Part shown: in pieces, positions 26,935-33,443 of the stretch
How positions within the stretch are numbered: the first letter of the stretch is position 1
How the letters are laid out: the number at the start of each line of letters is the position of its first letter
IMG/VR virus record: IMGVR_UViG_3300021592_000010
Span: 1 to 33,443 of that record
Source: a virus
Lineage: Duplodnaviria; Caudoviricetes
Direction: 5' to 3' (one strand)
Length of the DNA: 33,443 bases
Translations under genes and position numbers: made by a program
The notes under the pieces: model-generated
What the model was told of the DNA's origin: nothing
Databases searched by the model: none
What the model saw: the letters and a program-made list of their open reading frames with translations, nothing else

Positions 26935-27390
26935 TTAATAGACACTCCTGCGCAAATATTCTATATATGCTCTTCTTCGTGGAGATACAGTTCTTGTTCC
27001 TGTAAGTGTAGGTTTTTGGGCTTGATATTGTTGATAATACCAAGATGAAAACTTATTTATAAAATCCTCTTTTGTAGGAAATAGATTATAAAAAGGTTGC
27101 AAAATATTTTGCATAAAAGGAGTAACTTTTGTAAGCCCATACCCATAAAAATCAGGTGTTTTTGAATACCGTCCTAATCCTATATCTTCAATCCATTTGT
27201 AGGTTTCTATGTCAGGATGAGAAGCTCTGTAAGAAGTTCTTCCTTGATATGTATATTCAGGATTAAATTCCCATTCTGAAAGTTCTGGATAAAGCTTTTC
27301 TAAAGCTTTTCGGCGTGCAGTTTCAGTATCTAATTTGCTCAAATCTATTAATTTTATCAAATCTTCAAAAGAAGGAATTGTATCTGCCAT
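26935..27390 (-). CDS. hypothetical protein, first gene of late cluster
   Basis: Follows 130-bp intergenic gap; SD present. Confidence 0.75.
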   Translation of the reverse strand: MADTIPSFEDLIKLIDLSKLDTETARRKALEKLYPELSEWEFNPEYTYQGRTSYRASHPDIETYKWIEDIGLGRYSKTPDFYGYGLTKVTPFMQNILQPFYNLFPTKEDFINKFSSWYYQQYQAQKPTLTGTRTVSPRRRAYIEYLRRSVY

Positions 27391-27524
27391 ATACCTTCTC
27401 CTGATAAGGAATAGAAAATGAATTATATTTTATCGAATTTACAAAACAAGAGTTACCACATATAGTAATATTTGACATCAAGACAAGTGCACACAGAAAA
27501 GTTTCCATTTTATAATTAAAAGGA

Positions 27525-27881
27525 TTAGAAAAACTTAAAAATTAAGGATGAGAGGTTGCGTAAGTCTCTTTTGATAGATTGTTGGAGTTGACAAACAGCT
27601 GAAGGAGAGATACCCAGCTCTTCAGCTATTTCTATTTGTGAGTAGCGCTGGAAAGTTCTTAATAAGACTAATCTTTTGTTATAATGTTTTTTATGTGAAT
27701 ATTTTTTTAGAAGTGAAGATATAGACTGATGGAAATAGATATATTCATCTATTGATTTAAAAAGATAAGGTGGAAAAATCTCTTTTATTTGTTCTTCTAT
27801 CCATTCTCTTGAAACTTTTCTATATCGTTTGTTAATATTTCGTGCTTTCTTACTTTCGCCCAAAATTTTTGTTCTCTCCAT
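27525..27881 (-). CDS. sigma-70 region-4-like HTH protein (candidate late regulator)
   Basis: YSQIEIAEELGISPSAVCQ; last gene before late cluster. Confidence 0.7.
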   Translation of the reverse strand: MERTKILGESKKARNINKRYRKVSREWIEEQIKEIFPPYLFKSIDEYIYFHQSISSLLKKYSHKKHYNKRLVLLRTFQRYSQIEIAEELGISPSAVCQLQQSIKRDLRNLSSLIFKFF

Positions 27882-28015
27882 TTTATCCTCTTTAATTCTT
27901 TTCGCAATTCATCAGAGACATTATATCCACAATCTTCACATATTCTATCATAATCTTTCCATTTAAGCTTATGAAATCCCAGTCTACATCTTAGCTTCTT
28001 TACTAATTTTTTCAT
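27797..28015 (-). CDS. DUF1660-like small protein
   Basis: LRCRLGFHK.......CEDCG. Confidence 0.6.
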   Translation of the reverse strand: MKKLVKKLRCRLGFHKLKWKDYDRICEDCGYNVSDELRKELKRIKWREQKFWAKVRKHEILTNDIEKFQENG

Positions 28016-28404
28016 CCCAATTGTTTCAACATCTGTAACTTTTTTTCCCAGCCTTCTCTTAATTTGAACAAAGCTCCCTCAAATTTTTCTCTCACTTCGT
28101 CAGGTTGAATAGCTCTTTTATAAAAATCTTCCAAAATAGGCATAATCGCAGATTCATATTCTTTTAGCTCATCAATTCCTGTTGTTTCAGGAAAGGGTTT
28201 GGTAGGACTTTTAAATCCTGTTGTTTCATCAGTTTCATATTTAGTTTCATTAAAGTTTTTTTCATAGAAAATCAGAAATTTTTCAATTATTTTGCGATAT
28301 TTGTTATATGCTTCTCGCCGTGCTACATCAGTATCGCCAACTTGTGCAGCTATCATTTCAAAGTAGTTGTGAATCATTTCCAAAGCTTTTAAGTTATCCA
28401 TCAT
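28012..28404 (-). CDS. hypothetical protein
   Basis: AAGGAGG SD, overlapping neighbours. Confidence 0.7.
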   Translation of the reverse strand: MMDNLKALEMIHNYFEMIAAQVGDTDVARREAYNKYRKIIEKFLIFYEKNFNETKYETDETTGFKSPTKPFPETTGIDELKEYESAIMPILEDFYKRAIQPDEVREKFEGALFKLREGWEKKLQMLKQLG

Positions 28405-28645
28405 TTTCCTCCTTACAAGTTATTTTAATTTTATTAATTTTCTCAAGTGGAATCTCTTCCCCTTGAAAATCTTCGTAATAATTATTAATAATCTTATCAT
28501 CTTTTATAATTGCATTTCTTACCTGAACTGTTCTGTTTTTTAGAAGTATATAGATAGAAACCCCAGATAATCTTAAATAACGTGTAAGAAAATATTTTTT
28601 AAATTCAATATCAGCCATATTTTTATTGTCCTTTTTTTTGACCAT
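28394..28645 (-). CDS. hypothetical protein
   Basis: Tightly packed ORF. Confidence 0.6.
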   Translation of the reverse strand: MVKKKDNKNMADIEFKKYFLTRYLRLSGVSIYILLKNRTVQVRNAIIKDDKIINNYYEDFQGEEIPLEKINKIKITCKEENDG

Positions 28646-28949
28646 TTTTATCTAACTTTTCGCACTTACTTAACCATTCTTTTTCAATAATTTCTCTCCA
28701 ATACTTAAATTTTTCGTTTTTTCTTATTTTCCTTCTATTAAAAAAATTACGAATAACAGCTTTTGCTTTGATTTTAATATATGTTTCGTGTAAAGTGCGC
28801 TTAACTTTATATTCATCATAGAAAACACAACCTAAATGAATCCATCTTTCAACAGTATATTTTGTTATTCCGAACATTCTCTCTACATCAGCCGTACTCA
28901 AGAAAGTATCCAGAAATTCATTAGTTAAAATTTCCTTTTCTTTTTTCAT
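28623..28949 (-). CDS. HTH DNA-binding protein (excisionase/MerR-like)
   Basis: FLSTADVERMFGITKYTVERWI. Confidence 0.6.
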   Translation of the reverse strand: MKKEKEILTNEFLDTFLSTADVERMFGITKYTVERWIHLGCVFYDEYKVKRTLHETYIKIKAKAVIRNFFNRRKIRKNEKFKYWREIIEKEWLSKCEKLDKNGQKKGQ

Positions 28950-28951
28950 TT

Positions 28952-29038
28952 TTATCTATTTACCTTAAGCAAAGCTAATACAAACATTCCCAGATAAAAC
29001 CCAATTACAAGTCCTAATATAAAACTAAAAACTTCCAT
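28952..29038 (-). CDS. 28-aa single-TM peptide
   Basis: MEVFSFILGLVIGFYLGMFVLALLKVNR; fills the gap exactly; AGGGGG upstream; below ORF-track cutoff. Confidence 0.65.
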   Translation of the reverse strand: MEVFSFILGLVIGFYLGMFVLALLKVNR

Positions 29039-29040
29039 AA

Positions 29041-29658
29041 TTACCCCCTATTTTTTAATTTTAGGCATTTTTTCTTAAATTCTTTATACTCAAATTTATA
29101 GTAAGTGTAATAAATAATAAATTTTTTAACATGATTGTTATTTTTTTTGCCTTCTCTATATCTTCCAAACCCTACATTATATATCTCTACAGCCTTTTTC
29201 CAATCTGTGCCATTGCCGTAGAAGTCTAATAATGTTCGTAAATATAAACAACCCCCAGCAATATTGAATTCAGGATTGAGAATGTGTGTATTTTTGATAA
29301 TTTTCTTTAGTCTTTTCCTTAAAATTTTTGCAGTATATCTTGACAATTGCATATAACCATAGTCTTTTGTTCTTGAAATTATATTTGCATTTCCCCCGCT
29401 TTCTACCATTAAAACTGCAAAAACTTTTAACCAATCTAACTCATATTTTTCTGCATATTTTAATAAAATCTTACAATCTTGACGATTTTTAATTGACTTG
29501 TTAATAAATTCTAATCTACATTGTTTTTCAAATAAGATTTGCTGTTGTTTTTTCTTTTTGAGGTAAGAGTGGAAATAGAAAGAAGTTAAAACTGAAGCAA
29601 TTAACAGAATAAAAATAACTATTACAATAATTATTTTCTTATTCATTTTCATTTTCAT
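29041..29658 (-). CDS. membrane-anchored lytic transglycosylase (SLT domain)
   Basis: VESGG catalytic Glu, GYMQL, FNIAGG..YL, YNVG; N-terminal TM helix. Confidence 0.9.
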   Translation of the reverse strand: MKMKMNKKIIIVIVIFILLIASVLTSFYFHSYLKKKKQQQILFEKQCRLEFINKSIKNRQDCKILLKYAEKYELDWLKVFAVLMVESGGNANIISRTKDYGYMQLSRYTAKILRKRLKKIIKNTHILNPEFNIAGGCLYLRTLLDFYGNGTDWKKAVEIYNVGFGRYREGKKNNNHVKKFIIYYTYYKFEYKEFKKKCLKLKNRG

Positions 29659-29686
29659 AGAAAAATAATATATTAAAAATCAAAAG

Positions 29687-29893
29687 TCAACTTATTTCTG
29701 TTATCAGAAATCGTAACTTCTCACATATTTCACAAATCCTATAATCATTTTTCCATTTGCAATGAAGACAATTCCAATTTTCAAATTTATCTGCAAACAC
29801 TTTTACTATAGCCTTATATAATTCTTTCTTAAACTCCTCAAAAAGCTCATCATCTCCCTTAATTATTTGAAAATCAGTCCACCAACATCCCAT
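29687..29893 (-). CDS. small Cys-rich protein
   Basis: CLHC...CEIC; GAGGT SD. Confidence 0.6.
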   Translation of the reverse strand: MGCWWTDFQIIKGDDELFEEFKKELYKAIVKVFADKFENWNCLHCKWKNDYRICEICEKLRFLITEIS

Positions 29894-29898
29894 TTATT

Positions 29899-30192
29899 TT
29901 ACCTCTTTTTTAAACATTTATTTAATTTTTTGCCTATTTTTTTAAGCTTTTTCTTTGTTTCTTTTGATATTTTAACTTCTTCAGATGAGTAATAAATAGT
30001 AATTGTATCTCTTTGATAATTTAAATTTTTAATTAGTTCATTTAATAAATTTATAATCTCTGTAAAACTTATCTCTGTTACTTTTTCATCAAAAGTAATA
30101 TAAATTGTAATTTTTCCATTACTATAATGAGATAAAAGTCTATCAGTATCTTTTATAAAATTTTTCAACCTATTAGGATTTTTTATTACCAT
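29899..30192 (-). CDS. hypothetical protein
   Basis: Packed ORF. Confidence 0.6.
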   Translation of the reverse strand: MVIKNPNRLKNFIKDTDRLLSHYSNGKITIYITFDEKVTEISFTEIINLLNELIKNLNYQRDTITIYYSSEEVKISKETKKKLKKIGKKLNKCLKKR

Positions 30193-30215
30193 TTTATTTT
30201 ATCTCTTCAAATTCA

Positions 30216-30401
30216 TTAATGGTAACACTCACTCATTAACAATAATAACATAGACACTAAAATACCTATAAACAATCCTAATAATCCTAAAAAGATAAAT
30301 TCTACTAAATGTTTAGTATATGCTATATAACACGAAGCTACTAATGACGCTATTCCTGCAATAGCAAGAATCATTGAAAACATTCTTAATATCAAACTCA
30401 T
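30216..30401 (-). CDS. small two-TM membrane protein
   Basis: Two hydrophobic helices; AGGAGG SD. Confidence 0.7.
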   Translation of the reverse strand: MSLILRMFSMILAIAGIASLVASCYIAYTKHLVEFIFLGLLGLFIGILVSMLLLLMSECYH

Positions 30402-30427
30402 ACTTTGCCTCCTTTAAATAAATCTCT

Positions 30428-30811
30428 TTACAGAGACAGATAAGGACTTTTACATACTACAATTTCAAGTCTATCTTTTTTTTCATTATCAATCCTTATT
30501 ACTTCTAATGTATTAATTTGGCTATCATCTTCATAAATTAAGCCCTTCAAAGCATCTTGAATAGGTTTGACAATATTATCAATATCTCTATGTTTTTTCT
30601 TAAAAGAAACCCGAATTGCTAATGTAATTTTTGTGTCTTTCTTAAAGATTGGTATCTTACTTTTATCTTCAATTTGTGCATAAGCACAGATAAAAATTTT
30701 CTCTTTGAATTGCCGATGTAAAGGAGACAAAAACCTCTTACCTGCTTTATTGCGTGAATACATATTATTTACAGTAGGTATTCTACCTTCAACTTCTAAT
30801 TGTATTATCAT
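30428..30811 (-). CDS. rusA: RusA-family Holliday junction resolvase
   Basis: PTVNNMY, RDIDNIVKPIQDALKG.IYEDDSQI. Confidence 0.92.
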   Translation of the reverse strand: MIIQLEVEGRIPTVNNMYSRNKAGKRFLSPLHRQFKEKIFICAYAQIEDKSKIPIFKKDTKITLAIRVSFKKKHRDIDNIVKPIQDALKGLIYEDDSQINTLEVIRIDNEKKDRLEIVVCKSPYLSL

Positions 30812-31005
30812 TTTCTCCTCCTTTTTTTAAAATAATCACATTTATCATTCTCAAATGTTTCATTTTTACATTTTTTACACCACCCATACGCTGTTCTATT
30901 TATAATACCTACATAATCTACATATGTCCAATATTTACAATTTTTGCATATTTTTTCTATCCATTTCTTTTTTAAAATTTTTCTTGAAATCTTTTTAATA
31001 TTCAT
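30808..31005 (-). CDS. small Cys-rich protein
   Basis: CKNCKYW...GWC...C..F. Confidence 0.7.
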   Translation of the reverse strand: MNIKKISRKILKKKWIEKICKNCKYWTYVDYVGIINRTAYGWCKKCKNETFENDKCDYFKKRRRK

Positions 31006-31766
31006 TGTTCTTTTTCCTTTTCTCTTTTCAAATATTCAGAAATAGGAATATGTTTATGATAATATTTATCATTTTTCCTGCCTAATTTATCATATTCATC
31101 TTCACTTTTATGCAAAGTGGAGATAAAAATAGAATGTGATTTTTTATTCTCTGTAATTAATCGTGCCAATTTTGTTTCTATTTTTGTTCGCAATGCGTCA
31201 GGAACTGCCTCTCCTGTTATAACTAAATGAAAATAAGGATTTTTTATTTTCTCATTTATCGTATCATATAAATTAAGCTGCATTTTTTTGTCAAGATGGT
31301 ATTTATCAATATCGTCTATCACAAGAAAACAGCTTTGAAATACTTTTTTTGTTCTTGCTATATCATTTAAATCATAACCTAATTCTTTAAGAGAATAATA
31401 TTGCCCTTTATATCCAAAATTCGCAACCATCTGTTCTAAAAACCAACAAGCTTGAACTGTTTTACCTGCTCCTTCGTCACCGTAAAAATAGAAAATCTGC
31501 CAATTCATAAAAAGTTCTTTGTCATACCACAGAAAATTGATTAAATCTTGATGAATAAAATCTTTGAAAAAAGTATTTTTTTGCTTTAATTCGGTATAGG
31601 TTGAGGGAAAATTGATGTTGTTTAAATAATACTGGACATCATAAGGTAAATCTTGTTTGACAAATCTGTGTCGTAAATGGAAAGGTCTTTGTTGTTCTTT
31701 TCTATACCAATTCAAAACCTTTCCATATTTTGAATTAATAAAATCTTTTATTTCAATTTTTTCCAT
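31002..31766 (-). CDS. DnaC/IstB-like ATPase (helicase loader)
   Basis: YGDEGAGKT Walker A, LVIDD Walker B, downstream of initiator. Confidence 0.8.
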   Translation of the reverse strand: MEKIEIKDFINSKYGKVLNWYRKEQQRPFHLRHRFVKQDLPYDVQYYLNNINFPSTYTELKQKNTFFKDFIHQDLINFLWYDKELFMNWQIFYFYGDEGAGKTVQACWFLEQMVANFGYKGQYYSLKELGYDLNDIARTKKVFQSCFLVIDDIDKYHLDKKMQLNLYDTINEKIKNPYFHLVITGEAVPDALRTKIETKLARLITENKKSHSIFISTLHKSEDEYDKLGRKNDKYYHKHIPISEYLKREKEKEQ

Positions 31767-31768
31767 TT

Positions 31769-32038
31769 TTATATCTCCTTACAAATTTCTTTAAATAATT
31801 TTGGTCTATAAACATAAAAATTTCCATCTGGCCACTTTACAATATAATCTCCAATTCGTGCTATCATTCCGTTTTTAAAGATAAATTTTTCTATTCCACC
31901 AACTGAATTTGCTATTACTGTTTTGAATAGATAACTTTTGCCATTTATTCGTAACCAATGTATAATATCTTCCCAATTATCAGGTTCAAACTCAATTGCT
32001 TCTATAACTAAAGGGTCTTGACGGTATCTTTTTACCAT
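31769..32038 (-). CDS. conserved phage protein
   Basis: YR..P.VIEAI...GDYIVK..G.FY...P..F motif. Confidence 0.8.
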   Translation of the reverse strand: MVKRYRQDPLVIEAIEFEPDNWEDIIHWLRINGKSYLFKTVIANSVGGIEKFIFKNGMIARIGDYIVKWPDGNFYVYRPKLFKEICKEI

Positions 32039-32044
32039 TTTTTC

Positions 32045-33211
32045 TCATCTCCTCTCTCTTTCTCTTAATTCTATCTCTCTAAATCTTGCTTCATCTTCAT
32101 CAATCTGTTTTTGAGTATCTGCAATTAGGGTTGATAATTTCTGTTTCATTGTCCAGGGAGATTTATCCCGATAAAAATATTCTGTTGCAGAAAAGAAATA
32201 TTCGCACATCTCTTTGAAAAATTCGCTATCAATATCGGTTGTTTTCGCTATATCTTTCAAAGCTTTTAAGTCTCTTGGCAATCTGGGAAATGGATGTTTG
32301 AAATATTGCTTATAAACCTCATCGTAAATTGCGCAATACCGCTTAAACCGCTGGGTTATCCGCTGATCTTCCTCGGATTTTTCAGTTTTCTTTTTATTTT
32401 TTTTAGTCTTTTTTTCAGCTTTTTCTTGTTTTTGTAGCTCTTCTGGAATACAAAATCCTATCCTATTTTTTTGAGGAGTAGATGTTAAAGGCGATGCTGG
32501 CAACGGTGCAGGTGCAGGTGCTGATGGCGAGGCGCTGGCGCTCGCCCGCTCTCTCTCCCTGTTTTCCTCATTATTATTTTCATAATTTGGGTCCAAATCT
32601 CCGATTTGAACAGCTGTTTCGTCAGTTATTTCCTTATCTTTTTTAGTAGCTAAGGGAGAAAAATCATTATCGTCTTTAACAACATTTTCGTTGTTAAAAG
32701 ACTGCAATTTTTCTTCTGAAAAATTGCAGCTAATATTCTCTGTAGTATTCTTTGTAGTATTCTTTGGAATATTGCGACTGTTTTGTAATATACTTTCCTG
32801 ACTTTTTGTCAGGTTCGTATCTAACTTTTTGTAATGTGACTTTTGGTTAGGATTATTCTTTTTAATTTCCATCCATTTTGTTAAATCATCTGCAATTTTT
32901 TCAAAAAATATATAATAATGTGTAATAGGTGGAATTCCTTCTTTTTTATAATCAATCCAGCCTAATGCTTTTAATTTTTTTCTTGCTCTTCTACATATTC
33001 TTTCTGTTAATCCACATTCTTCATAGAATTCAGAATCTTTCTTAAAAATTTTATCAGGATATTTTCCTTTTTGCCACCAATAGAGAAGTTGATTAACAAA
33101 AAGAGCACAAGTAATATCATTACCAAGAAATTCAGATATATCTCTATTGAAAGCAATTAATTTACTTCCAATTAAATTTGCAATAATTTTTTGATAATTT
33201 TCTTTATCCAT
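32045..33211 (-). CDS. phage replication initiator protein
   Basis: N-terminal winged helix (ALFVNQLLYW...ECGLT...RRARKKL..LGWI), low-complexity linker, upstream of DnaC-like gene. Confidence 0.8.
   Translation of the reverse strand: MDKENYQKIIANLIGSKLIAFNRDISEFLGNDITCALFVNQLLYWWQKGKYPDKIFKKDSEFYEECGLTERICRRARKKLKALGWIDYKKEGIPPITHYYIFFEKIADDLTKWMEIKKNNPNQKSHYKKLDTNLTKSQESILQNSRNIPKNTTKNTTENISCNFSEEKLQSFNNENVVKDDNDFSPLATKKDKEITDETAVQIGDLDPNYENNNEENRERERASASASPSAPAPAPLPASPLTSTPQKNRIGFCIPEELQKQEKAEKKTKKNKKKTEKSEEDQRITQRFKRYCAIYDEVYKQYFKHPFPRLPRDLKALKDIAKTTDIDSEFFKEMCEYFFSATEYFYRDKSPWTMKQKLSTLIADTQKQIDEDEARFREIELRERERR
32702..32769. repeat. 12-bp perfect inverted repeat plus 3 x 12-bp direct repeats inside initiator gene (candidate origin)
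   Basis: CTGCAATTTTTC-ttct-GAAAAATTGCAG; TATTCTCTGTAG TATTCTTTGTAG TATTCTTTGGAA. Confidence 0.65.
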
Positions 33212-33224
33212 TTTAATCCTCCTA

Positions 33225-33443
33225 TTAAAGATAATTTTTTTTAATTAAAATGTTGAGATATTTTTCAAGCTCATTTTCTGAAAAACCTAAATCTTCACAT
33301 ATTTTTTTAGTATCTGGTAAAGGTTCAAACAAGAAGCAAGTTAAATAAATAAACAAAATTTTTGCTTCTACAGGTATACTTCTATCTTTCATTATTACAT
33401 TCGGTGCTATTCCATAACCTTCTTTAAGTTGAAGTTTGCCAAT
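33225..33443 (-). CDS. HTH protein (replication-protein N-terminal type), 5'-truncated
   Basis: ...GYGIAPNVIMKDRSIPVEAKILFIYL...ICEDLGFSE...YLNIL; not in ORF track. Confidence 0.7.
   Translation of the reverse strand: MGKLQLKEGYGIAPNVIMKDRSIPVEAKILFIYLTCFLFEPLPDTKKICEDLGFSENELEKYLNILIKKNYL

Noticed and set aside
1-33443. Window as a complete circular genome
   Set aside because: No terminal repeat seen, and the partial ORFs at the two ends do not join in frame

Overview
AT-rich, gene-dense segment of a dsDNA tailed bacteriophage with podovirus-type (P22/T7-like) morphogenesis genes. Almost everything is on the minus strand and the window is truncated at both ends. No integrase, tRNA, rRNA or CRISPR array was seen. 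In transcription order (right to left): replication module (HTH protein, initiator with internal repeats, DnaC-like ATPase, RusA), small middle genes including a membrane-anchored lytic transglycosylase and a sigma-70 region-4-like regulator, then TerL, portal, scaffold, major capsid, decoration, adaptor, nozzle, three ejection-type proteins, tail fibre, and holin-like/M15 endolysin/C92 peptidase genes. TerS lies about 20 kb from TerL on the opposite strand, next to a G-run and tandem repeats. A leftward early operon follows a consensus sigma-54 promoter. Main observations: (1) a phage-encoded Csx3/Crn3-like ring nuclease, a candidate type III anti-CRISPR, located behind a terminator whose arms are complementary to a leader hairpin about 600 bp upstream; (2) a DnaJ J-domain (HPD) inside the 1203-aa ejection-type protein; (3) a Maf/DUF115-type glycosyltransferase inside the capsid gene cluster; (4) sigma-54 control with paired 28-bp inverted sites. 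All family calls come from motif recognition by eye; no database search was run.
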